Shown here: positions 1 to 11,806 of the stretch, piece after piece
How positions within the stretch are numbered: position 1 is the stretch's first letter
Layout of the letters: each line of letters starts with the position of its first letter
Assembly (NCBI GenBank): GCA_965603825.1
Contig: CBFDEM010000036.1
Coordinates: forward strand, 496,001 to 560,000
Direction of reading: 5' to 3'
Length of the DNA stretch: 64,000 nucleotides
Source: Blepharisma stoltei ATCC 30299
Lineage: Eukaryota > Protista > Ciliophora
Made by a program: the position numbers and the translations under genes
Notes under the pieces: model-generated
The model's database searches: none
What the model was told of the DNA's origin: nothing
What the model saw: the letters and a program-made list of their open reading frames with translations, nothing else

Positions 1-326
1 GAAAACTGCTCCTTTTCCATACCAATCGGTTTTCAGCTCATAGCATCAGTTAATTTGCAAGTAGTGTTAAAAAATTCTTCTAAATCCAAACTTTGAGAAA
101 CACTGCAAAATTCATTTGGTTTATGCACTGACCTTATCTTAAAAGTTTTCCTTGACTGTTGAGGTGGGCTTTCTTGCGTTGAATCATATGCTGATTGGCT
201 TTTACGGGATTCCTTAATGATAGGGGACTCTTCAAACCTGTCCAATGTGCTTGCTTGTGTTTCAGACGTCCTTTCTAATGGTGGTTTCACTTTTTCATGG
301 TGTGAAGGGGTGTAATAACGTCGCAT
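1..326 (-). CDS. Hypothetical protein, runs off the window edge
   Basis: The ORF 'stop' at 33-35 is TGA (Trp); the frame stays open to the window edge. Confidence 0.6.
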
Positions 327-423
327 TGATATTTAAGCTTTTAGAAATCTTTTATAAATTGATTATTCCATTTATTCATTTTAATAGAAATAAAAGGAAA
401 GTTAAAGACAGGTATATACTGTG

Positions 424-1017
424 CTACTTATTTTTATTTAGGGAAAGTGGATGATAAAATGGATTTCCTCCATTTTTCTGCACACACATGTCATCAAACT
501 TTGTGAATTCTCCTGATCTCCTAAAAAAAACTTTGGGATTCTTTGCTAATGCTTCTTGATATTGAGGATTTAGCTTGCGGTTATATCTTATCTCTTCCCT
601 CATAAGTGTCTCTATTTCTTTCCTCTTCAAGCACGTAGTAGCAGATTTCACATTTAAAGGGGCATTGGTTATTGGATCATAATGCACTTTCTGAGCGTTA
701 ATCATGGAAAAATAGCCATTATTTGTATTGAAATTACGCTCAGTTTCTGTGTTTGCATGATATTTCGAATTAAAGCTTACAGGAGTAACTGATTTAGCGG
801 TTTTAGAAGTCCTTGGGGTCAAAATCGTTGGCTCTGATTCGACCCTTTGGATATATTTTGAATTTCCAGAGCCATTATAATATTTCCCAACTTTTCATGC
901 TCGAGATAGAAAAGGGAGCTTTGGGAACGTGAAACGCTTCGACTGTTCGTTAGAATTTGCATTTTCTCTAGGCAATTTTGAATTATCATACTTTTTATAT
1001 GCATTGGCAGCCAACAT
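424..1017 (-). CDS. Hypothetical protein (~197 aa)
   Basis: ATG at 1017, one in-frame TGA (895-897), TAG at 424-426; extends the 424..822 ORF. Confidence 0.7.
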
Positions 1018-1118
1018 TATTTATTTTTCAAATTATTTAGATGTTTTTAGTAAGAGTTCAAATAAAAAATCTTATGGCAAAAACATTTGTAACATTTAAT
1101 ACTAGACAGAACTTTAAG

Positions 1119-1718
1119 ATGGTAAGAAGGACTCTTTTCCTTATTACTTGGAAGGCCTTTTTGACGTACTCCTGCTTATGTCCAAGCACATATTTAGGAA
1201 ATGGCCACTGCGACTCCCAGTGCAATGTTGCTGCTTGTAATTATGACCAAGGCGACTGCGACTCCGATTCTTCAGGCAGTTCCGATTCAAATACAATAAT
1301 AGCAACTATTGTAGGTGTTGTGGTCGGAATTTTTGTAATTTTTTGGCTGTAATCTTCATCTAGGGTAATCGGCTGTACGATTTACTGCAAATATCTTCAT
1401 AAAAAGAAAAATCAAGTATCCTGCGGTATTCAAAACGAGATTGATGGAAACTCCATAAGAGGATCCGACATCGAGTCATCGCAGTTAATAACAAAAGAAA
1501 TTATTCAAAAAATATCTCCTATTGAGAATTATTACGTAGGAATACCGATGGAAGGAGACCCTATGTGCTCAGTTTGCTATATTGATTTTAAAATTGGAGA
1601 TTGAATAAGAAGAACTCATTGCCTACATTTATTTCATGCAAAGTGCTTGGATGAATGATTACTATCTAGAAATTTAACACCTAAATGCCCAACTTGCGAG
1701 AGGCCATTTCTGGAATAG
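1119..1718 (+). CDS. LNR (Notch repeat)-transmembrane-RING-H2 E3 ubiquitin ligase
   Basis: CPSTYLGNGHCDSQCNVAACNYDQGDC (LNR), TM helix, 15-nt intron 1349-1363, then CSVC...CLHLFHAKCLDEW(TGA 1656-1658)L...CPTC; TAG at 1716-1718. Confidence 0.85.
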
Positions 1719-1966
1719 AAATCGATTTTAAATCTATATGTTATAATCATATATTTGGAGTCTTTTAAATCTAAATAAAATTTTTTAAATAAGAAACGGT
1801 TTTTTGAATTTCATAAATAGGTTTAAAATTAATTGTAGGATAAAGTAAAATAAATTTTTGGTATCTTTTTATAAAGAATAGCAAAATAATCTCGATAAGT
1901 TTGATTTTAAATAAGAAAGATTGAGTTAAAAAATTATATATTAAGTTTAATTCAGCGAAAATTACA

Positions 1967-2569
1967 CTATGTTTCTTTCAGTTTAATCACAGTAGTTTCA
2001 AGATTCTGCACTTTTTCTTGGAGATTGCCAATCTCTTCTAGCAATTTCATTAAAATTTCTCTAGTATCTGATTGATTTTCTGAGAATTTGAAGTATGGAG
2101 TCTTTTCTTTGGAATAATTCAACTCATTTTTCAGATATTCAATTTCCCTTTCATACTGTTTTACAGCAATATTATGACTATGCTGTAATGCTTTATATTT
2201 AATTTCTAATTTTTTGTACCTCCCATGCTCTTTACTATCATTTAAATTATTGGATGAATAAGAGCGATTAAATGATGCATTTGTAGAAGTCGCTGTGATT
2301 TTTGGTGGGTCAATGACTGCTTTCGGCTCAAAGTTATTTATTAGTCCAAATATTTTATTTTTGGGGTCTGATTCCCATTGTGATTTTTCATCAGAATCAA
2401 TAGAGAGGGTCATCTCACTCAATTCTTTATCAATATCTCTAAAAATTTCTGAAGAGTCTAAAGGTGGGCTAATCTTGGTAATAAGTTTAGGTGTAGGGCG
2501 CTTTATTTTGCTTTTGAGTCCTGGATAAACTCCTTTTGGGAAAATATCTTTTCGTAATTGCCTTTTCAT
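1967..2569 (-). CDS. Hypothetical coiled-coil protein
   Basis: Intact 200-aa ORF with C-terminal heptad pattern. Confidence 0.7.
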   Translation of the reverse strand: MKRQLRKDIFPKGVYPGLKSKIKRPTPKLITKISPPLDSSEIFRDIDKELSEMTLSIDSDEKSQWESDPKNKIFGLINNFEPKAVIDPPKITATSTNASFNRSYSSNNLNDSKEHGRYKKLEIKYKALQHSHNIAVKQYEREIEYLKNELNYSKEKTPYFKFSENQSDTREILMKLLEEIGNLQEKVQNLETTVIKLKET

Positions 2570-2827
2570 ATTTATTTAAAAGATCAACAAAATTTAAATT
2601 TTTTGAGTGTTAATATCAATGACCAAATATTAAAATAGCTACTTTTTATTTAAAATAAAATATATTACAACAATATATTAATTTATAGATGTTTATATAA
2701 GGTAAGTTGGCATCAGGCCCTTATTTAAAATATTCTTATACATTAAATTAATTCTCAAAAATTCTAGCAATATTTTTGATATTTGCTTTCATAATTGTGA
2801 AAACGGATAAATTAAATTTTTATTAAG

Positions 2828-3229
2828 ATGTCGAGCTCAGAAAAGACTCCGCTTAAAGCTCAATATCCTCCTCCTTATTATATAAAATCAGAAAATTACC
2901 AAGCAACCCCTCCTCCTCCACAGCCTATGCCATCAAATCATGACAATTCTCAAGATAATCAAACTCCTTTGTACTATGAATTTTATGATCCATATATGGG
3001 ACTTGGTAACACGACTCAAAATATTTATTGCCAAATATGTGGAAGGAATACTTGGACTCGTGTAGAACAACGTCCAGGTCTATTATCTTATTTATGCTGC
3101 ACTTATCTTTGCCTTTCCGGATGCTTTTGTGGTTGCTGTCTTATTCCGTTATACTCAAAACACTGCAAGGATTCAGTACACTTCTGCTCTAATTGCAATA
3201 CACCACTTGCAGTAGTAACACCTCTTTAA
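2828..3229 (+). CDS. LITAF-domain zinc-binding membrane protein
   Basis: Pro-rich N-terminus with PPPY; CQIC...hydrophobic Cys-rich segment...HFCSNC. Confidence 0.9.
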   Translation: MSSSEKTPLKAQYPPPYYIKSENYQATPPPPQPMPSNHDNSQDNQTPLYYEFYDPYMGLGNTTQNIYCQICGRNTWTRVEQRPGLLSYLCCTYLCLSGCFCGCCLIPLYSKHCKDSVHFCSNCNTPLAVVTPL

Positions 3230-3729
3230 TCTTATAATTATCATATAAATCACAAATTAGTGTCGAAATTTAGACTCAATATTTAATTTATTAATTTGAT
3301 AAAACGTTATTTGGAGGCCTAAGCAGATTGAATAGATTTGCCATTGAGTATTTATTGATTATTTTGGGTTAGAATATTAGAAAACACTTCTACTTTTGTC
3401 AATCCGATCTTTAAGAATAGCATATTATAAGTTGTTTTAATAGAATATCAGCAATCCAATTGATAATTAAATTTTTTGAACGCTCACAATGTCAGTTAAA
3501 ATTGGATAAGTTTTTGTCCATCTCTAAAAAATTTACTTAAGCTATCAATTCTAGTTTAAGACTTGCTAAGACCCTAAGAGATAAAAAAGGGATGCAAATC
3601 CTAGCACTCTCCACTGAGAGAAAATTTCCTAAAAGCAAGTCGAGTTTAATATTTTTTCATTGAAAACTGCTAATATTTATCACGTCTATCTTAATATTTA
3701 GGCTATTTAAATCTATATTTCTTGTAAGA

Positions 3730-4167
3730 TTACTTAAGATCAACTGCAGTTGAACCTTTAGAAGCACCAATACCTGGCCTTCCATGCTTAACTGGCTTAT
3801 ATGTAAGTGAAAATTCTGCTAAGTAGTGTCCAATCATGTCTGGTTTGATTTCAACTGGTACAAAAGATTTTCCATTATAAATTCCAACCACAGAGCCAAC
3901 TAATTCTGGCAAAATGATTGCATCTCTTAGATGTGTCTTCACTGGTTTTGGCTTTTCTCCTACTTGGGTATCTTTCTTTGCAGCCACACATTTTTTGTAA
4001 AAGCGGATATATTTGTGAGGAACCTCTCTATTCAGAAGCCTTCTTCTTTGTCTGCAGCCTAGAAGCTTTAGGAAATCTTCTTTTTCCATCTTCACCAAGT
4101 CATCAAGATCAACTCCACGATAAGTGTACTTACGGAATGCTCTTTTCTTTGGCTGGGATTCTGCCAT
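3730..4167 (-). CDS. RPS15: 40S ribosomal protein S15 (uS19)
   Basis: [43 protein letters not shown]. Confidence 0.98.
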   Translation of the reverse strand: MAESQPKKRAFRKYTYRGVDLDDLVKMEKEDFLKLLGCRQRRRLLNREVPHKYIRFYKKCVAAKKDTQVGEKPKPVKTHLRDAIILPELVGSVVGIYNGKSFVPVEIKPDMIGHYLAEFSLTYKPVKHGRPGIGASKGSTAVDLK

Positions 4168-4419
4168 TTATAAGGTTATAAGCATGCTGGAATAGGCTTC
4201 TTGAAGTTGAATGCGAAATTGTTTGTAAATTATATTCAATTACGTTAAATAAACATGATTTTTTAGTTCAAATAAAGGTGATTTTACACTTTGCCTTATT
4301 TTTGCTATTTGATAGATATTTAAAATGATCTTTGGCGATTTGCAATTTAATATGCAAAATGATTTTCTTGAATTAATCTGTTCTTTTTCTTTTCATGTAA
4401 TGATACAAAAAACTGTATA

Positions 4420-4929
4420 ATGATTAGATTGAGAATTAATATGAGAAGATTCACTTCTTTAGAAAAAGTCTCATATGTGAAAGTTCCTATTCAATACCCA
4501 GCAAGCAAACCCCCTGCCCCATCTCTTAAAGATTATCAAATTTTGAATGTTAACCCTGCAGATAATAATCGAGACATAGTCAATGCTTACAGGAGAATCG
4601 CATATCATCTGCATCCAAAGAAAAACAGATCAGCCACTACTCAAGAAAATTTTACCTTGGTAACTGAAGCTTATGATCGCATAATGCTTCATAGAATGTC
4701 AGAGCAAGGAATTCCGCAGCCCTACACAGAAATGTATTATCCTGAAAAGTCTCACACAGCTTTAATCAAAGATTTCATTGAAGAGAACTCGTTTTTTATG
4801 CCCCATGTCTCTGAGAACTATCTGCGTAATTTAGTTATTTTTTATTGGTTTTTTGGAGTTGGATATATATTGAATGACTTTTATGATCCTTTTGAAATTA
4901 AAAAATCTAAAAATAAAACATTGAATTAA
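4420..4929 (+). CDS. J-like (DnaJ) domain protein with HPK instead of HPD and a C-terminal TM helix; possibly mitochondrial
   Basis: DYQILNV...IVNAYRRIAYHLHPKKN...FTLVTEAYD; Arg-rich N-terminus. Confidence 0.75.
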   Translation: MIRLRINMRRFTSLEKVSYVKVPIQYPASKPPAPSLKDYQILNVNPADNNRDIVNAYRRIAYHLHPKKNRSATTQENFTLVTEAYDRIMLHRMSEQGIPQPYTEMYYPEKSHTALIKDFIEENSFFMPHVSENYLRNLVIFYWFFGVGYILNDFYDPFEIKKSKNKTLN

Positions 4930-5032
4930 TTTAGAAAGTTAATTTTGTTAATAGAATAAAGGTATTAGCATTCAATAATAATTGAACAGTTTATATTCGA
5001 GTAAAAAGCATTTCTAATTCTCAATAACTTAA

Positions 5033-5923
5033 ATGGATAATTTGCCTCTTTTTGATCTTCAATCATCTGAACGTGCTTCAATTGAACTATCACCAAACGA
5101 AAACTGCGTTTTATTTCTATTCAGCTCAAAAGACCTCATTTTTGCTAAAGATTTCAGCAAAGAGCCAAAGTCCTCCAATTGAAAAATAATCGGAGTTTAC
5201 ATTGGAACTGAGATACTTAAAATAAAGCAATGAACAAAAAAAGAAATGATTAGGACTCAAATATATCTCGGAGGAGAAGATATTACAGAATGGCAACCAA
5301 AAAGCGTTGAAGAAACCCCTTGAGTTATAGTTATCAAGGAGACAGACATTATTTTAAGCATAAAAGCAGCTGGAATTGGAAAGCCACTTCTCGAAAACGT
5401 TAAAAGAATGGTAGGTTCTCAGAGTCCTGACAATAAAATAAGCTTGATATCCAATAATACCCCAAGTATCGATTCGTTATCATTAAGGCTTGAAGAACTT
5501 GAAAAACAATGTAAAAGTGATCAAGAAGAAATAGCATTTTTGAAACAAGAAGTGGAAGCCAAAGATAAAATAATCCAAGAAGTCTTAGAAAAACTGTAAC
5601 AGTAATATAGAAATGAAGTTCAAAACAAAGTAAAAATAAGAAGGCCTCCAATAAATCCTCCAAACTCTGTTCTCAGTAATGTCTATGAAAATCCTTACGA
5701 TGCAGAAGATCAAGAATATTGAAAATCTGCTGAGGCCGAGAACAAGCAAAAAGATAGTTCATGGATGTCATCGAAATCCTATTACAGCAGAGAAAAAACT
5801 CCAAGCTCAATAACTTCACTAGGCCATTTTAAGCATGCATCTAGCTTGCCTCCAAATTCAGTTTCTATGCCTTCGGAAAGGTACAAATTGCCAAGTATCA
5901 ATGTATCTCCTAGAAAGTTTTAA
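5033..5923 (+). CDS. Hypothetical coiled-coil protein
   Basis: ATG 5033, four in-frame TGA, 15-nt intron 5596-5610, TAA 5921-5923. Confidence 0.7.
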
Positions 5924-5981
5924 ATTGACATTTTTCATTGAATACTTATTCTCACTTTAATAATTTTGCTTACTCATATAA

Positions 5982-6465
5982 ATGGTGACTTACCAATCAG
6001 GCAAACCAATCACAAAAGAAACTTGAGAAAAGTGCCGAGTTGAACAAAAAGATTTTTTATAGCGTTTTACTAGGAGTCAATGTATTTCCTATGCAGATAT
6101 TTTATGTTCTTTTTAGAATACTCTGAAACTTTTCAGATCTCACATGGTGAACATTTGCGGAATTTGGATTTTTTTCGTTGGTATCAAAAATATCGTATTC
6201 TGGTATAAAATCTGCTGTTGATTTAGGAGTTGGGTATGAGTATTATTTGGATTTCTATTGCATCAATTTGGCTGTTCAATTTTTATGTGTATTCTCAAAT
6301 TATTTTTGGCTCATTTATTTAGTTGTTCCTGGATATATAGGATGGTATGGATTTAAATACTTTTTGGCATGGGCGAACAAAACTGGTGAAAAGGAAGAAG
6401 AGGAGGACGACCCAAAGAAAAAGAAAAAAGAGAAGAAGCAAAAAATTAAATATCTTAAACGATAA
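5982..6465 (+). CDS. TMEM208: TMEM208/SND2 family ER membrane protein
   Basis: ATG followed by a 16-nt intron 5985-6000 giving M-ANQSQKK; probable 15-nt intron 6082-6096; two TGA; EYYLD...FWLIYLVVPGY, Lys-rich tail. Confidence 0.85.
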
Positions 6466-6700
6466 TTCAAATAGCAAATCAGGAGTTAAAATTTATTAAA
6501 TTCAACAGTAATGATGCTTATAGTAATGCTAATCAATTTTGCCAAACTTATTTCTATCAAGTACCCATCATTCATCAAAATAATTATTAAAATTGAGAGA
6601 AAAAAGAACACTTTATGGCTTTACATAGACTTGCATAGTTTTAAGATTGCAAAAATAATACTCTTTGCTTATTAATGTGCGATTTCCTAAACTTTTATAA

Positions 6701-7849
6701 ATGGAACAGTGGCTTGTATCAGTTCAGTGCCAGCCCAGTCAAAAGGACAGCATTTCTCAAGTAATTGAGCAAGAAGTTATGCAGATAAGTTCACGCGCAC
6801 TTGGAAGAGTTCATCTATTCAATTGTCCTACTCATTTTAAAGTCGGGTCTCTTGATCAGCTAGTAGCTTTAGCTGACGATTTAACAAAGCTTGATCATCA
6901 TCTTGAAGGTGTTGTCAAAAAAGTAGAACGTCAATTTGTTGAAATTGAGCCAAACCCTCACATTACTATTGATAACCCGTTTGTAGGAAACCAGCAGTCT
7001 TTTGCACCAATGGATTATGTTGCAAATTTTCAATGGAACAATTCGAAATATCCTCCTACAAAAACTCTTCAAGAACTCTCAGGACTAATTGAAGAGAGAA
7101 TGAGAGCCCTTGATGACGATGTCAAAAATAAAACAGTCCGTTACCAAGAAGCTAAGAATTCATTAGGAGCCATCACAAAAAAAGAGTCCGGAAACCTTTA
7201 TTCTAAGGACCTCGCAGAAATCATTACATCTGCAATTGCTTCACCTGAAGACTTTGTAAACTCGGAGCACTTTAAAACTTACTTAGTTGTGCTCCCTAAA
7301 AAAGACGTAAAAAAGTGGCTAGAAACTTATGAATTTTTAGATTCGGGAGTTGTTCCTCGGTGCACAAAGCAGTTTGATGTCGAAGATAAAGACCTGACAC
7401 TGTGGAGAGCTATTGTCCTTAAACCATCTGCTGATTCTTTTGTAGTTGCGGTAAAGCAAAATAAATGGGCTGCAAGAGAATTCAGCTTCGACCCTGCTTA
7501 TACTGAAACCCAGCAAGCATCAAAAGAAAAGGTCAATAAACAGTTCCAAACACAGCATAATTTGTTGTGGAGAGCCTGCAAAGTAGTCTTCAGTGAATTA
7601 TTTATTGCCTTGGTGCATCTAAAAGCCATGAGGATATTTGCGGAATCAGTACTGAGATATTCCTTGCCTCCTCAATTTGTGTCATTCTATATAGTCCCAG
7701 AAAGAGACAGAGAAAAAAGAGTGTTGGATAGCATGGTCAAGAAATTCATGAGACCTGGAGAAACAGCAGATATGTATGGATCGAGAGAAGACTCTGATGA
7801 AAGCGACGATTTCTTCCCATTTGTCTTTGTCAGGCTTCCATCATTTTAA
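6701..7849 (+). CDS. ATP6V1C: V-type proton ATPase subunit C
   Basis: FKVGSLDQLVALADDL, FQWNNSKYP, HLKAMRIFAESVLRYSLP. Confidence 0.96.
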   Translation: MEQWLVSVQCQPSQKDSISQVIEQEVMQISSRALGRVHLFNCPTHFKVGSLDQLVALADDLTKLDHHLEGVVKKVERQFVEIEPNPHITIDNPFVGNQQSFAPMDYVANFQWNNSKYPPTKTLQELSGLIEERMRALDDDVKNKTVRYQEAKNSLGAITKKESGNLYSKDLAEIITSAIASPEDFVNSEHFKTYLVVLPKKDVKKWLETYEFLDSGVVPRCTKQFDVEDKDLTLWRAIVLKPSADSFVVAVKQNKWAAREFSFDPAYTETQQASKEKVNKQFQTQHNLLWRACKVVFSELFIALVHLKAMRIFAESVLRYSLPPQFVSFYIVPERDREKRVLDSMVKKFMRPGETADMYGSREDSDESDDFFPFVFVRLPSF

Positions 7850-7947
7850 ATTAAAACTCTGCCTAGCACTAGATAACAATCAAATCTGTATTATTGTAAA
7901 AATAGTTATAAAATGTTCCATTAAGATAATCTATAAAGATTTATACA

Positions 7948-8640
7948 ATGGCAATCTATGCTCTATTCTTATTATTTTCTTTAGTTTTTTCACAAGAAAA
8001 TCATGAGCACACAGAGCCTGAAGATAACACAGTGACCGATAGAGCTGAGCTGATGAAAGAGTGGAACGAGTATATGAATGATTTTGTCCCAGCAGATATG
8101 ATGACTTTTGATCTGCCAGCAAGGGCTGAAGAAGACTTTATCGAAACTATCGATATCATTCCTTCCTATATTAGAGGTGCTTACTTCATATCAAGCAGAG
8201 AAAGTAAGGATGTGAATTTTTACATACTAGATCCTTCAGGGAAACAGGTCTTCTTAAGAATAGGGAAAGCTGAAGCCATTTTCCACTTTGACGCAGCTGT
8301 GAAGGGCCAGTATATTTTTAGATTCAAAAATACAAAGATGATGCAGTCGCATACAGTGACTTTTGCAGTTCATTGTGGCAACTCTACAGAGGATCCTCTG
8401 ACTGCTGAACATCTGACACCATTAGAAAAAGACTTATTGACTGTCCAAAGCTCGGTTAAGGACTTTCAAGTTGATCAACAATTTGCGACACTCAGGCAAG
8501 AGTCTCATCATAAAACGGTGGCTGCATCAAATATAAATTTGTTAATTTTCAGTGTGGTTGAAAGCATCTTTGTAGTTTTTGTCTCATTTTGGCAAGCGTA
8601 TTATATCAAGAAGCTTTTAGATAATAGACGAGTTCTTTAG
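7948..8640 (+). CDS. p24/emp24 (TMED) GOLD-domain cargo receptor
   Basis: Signal peptide, GQYIFRFKN, C-terminal TM ending WQAYYIKKLLDNRRVL-TAG. Confidence 0.93.
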   Translation: MAIYALFLLFSLVFSQENHEHTEPEDNTVTDRAELMKEWNEYMNDFVPADMMTFDLPARAEEDFIETIDIIPSYIRGAYFISSRESKDVNFYILDPSGKQVFLRIGKAEAIFHFDAAVKGQYIFRFKNTKMMQSHTVTFAVHCGNSTEDPLTAEHLTPLEKDLLTVQSSVKDFQVDQQFATLRQESHHKTVAASNINLLIFSVVESIFVVFVSFWQAYYIKKLLDNRRVL

Positions 8641-8807
8641 CATTAACATTTAAGCTTATTCTTTTATAAAATTCTGATCGTTATAATTTGATTAAAATTT
8701 CATTAGGAATTAAGGGAATATAATTCCAATGTTTGCAGCACCCATTTGAAGCTAAAATAAAGATTAATAAAAATCTGAAATTCGCAAGAGAATAATTATT
8801 AATAAAT

Positions 8808-10214
8808 ATGACGAAATACATATCGGCCCGGATATGGATTTTAAGCATTCATATTACTCTCGGAAGCTTTTTAACTGGCTTCAATCAAGGCGTTTTTAAT
8901 ACCTGTCAGGAAAATGTTGCTTCTACGCTTAATTGAGGTGATAATAAGAATCTTTGAATAGCTTTGTTTTCTGCTATGAATCCATTTGGTTCTATATTTG
9001 GAGGACTTTTGGCTGGGCCTATAGCAAGCAATTACGGAAGACGGGGAGCAATAATTTTTTTTTCTATAGTTGCAATAATCGGCTGTCTCATTACAATTAT
9101 TCCTACGACCCCAACATTTGGAATTGGGAGATTTATATCTGGCATAATCTCTGGAGCTTTTTTGACAATTCCTCCACTCTACATAAGTGAAATTTCTCCA
9201 CCAGATATGAGCGGAAAGGTTGGCTGTTTATGTCAAACAAATTTTGCGTTAGGAATCGCTACATCTTTTGCATTGGGGCTGCCGCTGCCCACAGGAGATT
9301 ATAGTAATAACTCCTTTAATTATTGATGAATGTTTATGTTTGGCTTTCAACTTATAATTGAGGCATACCTTATATTTGTATTTTTATTTGTATATAAACA
9401 TGATACACCTTATTGGCTTATAGAAAAGAAGAGAGAAAATGAAGCAATGACTGCTTTGAAATATGTATATACAGAGGAAGGGATAGATGAAGTTGCAAAG
9501 TGTTTATTTGTAGATAAAGAATTAAAATCAGAGTCTGAGGCAAGCTTGCTGAATAAAACTGAAGTAACCCCGAGCTATAAAGAATTGATATATAATAGAA
9601 GATATTATAAAATGTTGAGGCTTGGATGCATGATGACATTGCTTCTCCCGTGGACAGGAGCTGCTTCAATTGTATTTTACTCAACTTTTTTATTTGATAA
9701 AATAGGAGGCGGCACTTTTATGCCAAGGATATATACGCTAATTATAGGAGTCGTTAATTGACTATGCGTTTTGCTATCTTTGCCTTTTATAGACAAATGG
9801 GGTAGAAAGCCTATGATGAAGCTCGGAGTGTCAGGAATAATAATTGATCTTGTCTTGTTAGGAATATTTTCGGGAATTGATAGTTTGAGCATTGTTCTCC
9901 CAGTCATTTTTACCATTATTTTCTTGGTATTATGAGCATTTTCTGCAGGTCCGATACTATGATTATATTGTGGGGAAGTCATGAATGATAAAGGAATAAG
10001 CATTGCTATTTCTGTGTGCACTGCGAGTATATTAATCCTCGTTCTAACATTTCCTTATATGGTTACATCATTGAGTGCATCAGTTACATTTTTTATATAT
10101 GCTGGGATTACTGTAGGCACCTTGATTTATATTTGGATTGATATGATAGAAACTAAGGGATTAACAAAGCAGCAAATTATTAAATTAGTTGTTAAAGATA
10201 ATCAAATAAAATAA
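8808..10214 (+). CDS. MFS sugar porter (GLUT/SLC2-like), ~468 aa
   Basis: Single frame joined by 7 TGA; YGRR, IGRFISG, PLYISEISP, GPILW(TGA)LYCGE, IETKG. Confidence 0.93.
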
Positions 10215-10250
10215 AAATATACACTTTTATATAATATTTCTAAGAATTTA

Positions 10251-11525
10251 TTATTTTTTTAATTGTGCATGATGAGATTGAAATCTTAAAGGTGCGGTGC
10301 TTGGCCTATGCAGCTTATCATCATCAAAATAAGGCATGCTAAACACATGGCCGTGAAGTCCATGCGTTGTTGATGGCTTTTTAGGTAAAGGCCCACTTAA
10401 GCTGGATTGTATACTTTTAGTAGCAGGGGTTGCTTGGCTTGGAAACTCCCCTTCTTGTGAAAACATCTTATCGTATAAAAACTTTCTTACTTTCTCACTG
10501 CTTAAAAAAAGCTCCATAACTTTTCGCTTATCAATATCTTTGAATTCATCCAGCGTAATATCTCTTTCTCTATCCAAAGTTGATTTTTTTTTATTTTTTG
10601 GCTGATATCTTGACGCTTTTAATTTTCTAGCCAAAATTTCTTTTTTCCCGTCTTCAACACACTGCAAAAATATGTCTTCAAGCTCACCTTTTTCTAAAAT
10701 AAAATTCGTTTTTGCACCTCTTAAGTTTTTTAACGTTTTTCTTTCAACTTCTAGTTGATTTTGGAGATGGGATACTATTTGCTTAAATCTTGTTTGCACT
10801 TGCTGGAAATAGTCAGCCTGCTTGCTTGGAGATAGTGAAGTTTGATTCAGCTGTAACTGGCTCTTTTTAAGGGCTAAACTTGAAATTGCAGATTTTCCGA
10901 ATTCACTTTGTTCACTGGATACTCAGATTTGGTTTTCAACGCTTTCTGTTGTTTGGCCTGTATTATTTTCTTCTAATGATGGATCAGGTGCAAGCGAGTT
11001 TACATGATTATGCTCTTCAACAAGTTTAAGTTGCTCTTGCAAATGCTGATTTTGTTTTCTTGCTGCAATTATTTGCTCTTCCAAAAATCTTCTGTCATCT
11101 TCCATCTCTTCAGCTTTATTTTTTCAAGTATCCACACTTTCTTTTTGTTCTTTGCATAATCTGTCCAATTTCTCAGCCTTTTCTCTTAGCATATCTCTTT
11201 CTTTTTCCAATGATTGAATTTTTTCAACTTTTCTCCTTTGAGATTCAGCTTCATTCGCTTTTTCCTTAAGGATTCTCATTTCTTTTTGGATTCTGTACAT
11301 TCTCTCTTTATACTCATTTAGAAACTCTAGTTCATGCTTTTTCAGAACTCCCCCAACCTTTTGGTCTAAGCTCATTACACAGCTATTCAGATCAGAATAC
11401 AGGGCATTTATTGTATCAAGGTTAGCTCCAGTGATATCGTTATCTTTCGATATCTTCAATCTTTGAAACTGAGTCAGAAAGGTATCAGTTAGTTTTGCAG
11501 GGCTTGAGCTTCGACTTGATTCCAT
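10251..11525 (-). CDS. Coiled-coil protein, BBOF1/CCDC176-like (basal body/cilia)
   Basis: Three ORF pieces in one frame joined by TGA at 11124 and 10923; ELEDIFLQCVED motif; family call tentative. Confidence 0.65.
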
Positions 11526-11806
11526 TATAACTTATGTTTTATTAATGAGTCTAAAACTTATTACTTATTATTTAAAATATAATGATAAAGATAGTGTAGC
11601 ATAGAAAGGTAAGTGGTGCACTAAGATGGAATTTAAATGAATTATCCTAAACGCTATAATAAATTATCTAATATTTAAACTCAGGATTAATTTTCAAATT
11701 CGACTCTTATAATATAAGGATTATGAGATCAATGCGAAAATATTTTAATAGTTTAAGAGATAGATGTTATTAAAATGGAATTTTAACTGAAAAAATAAAT
11801 TTAAAA

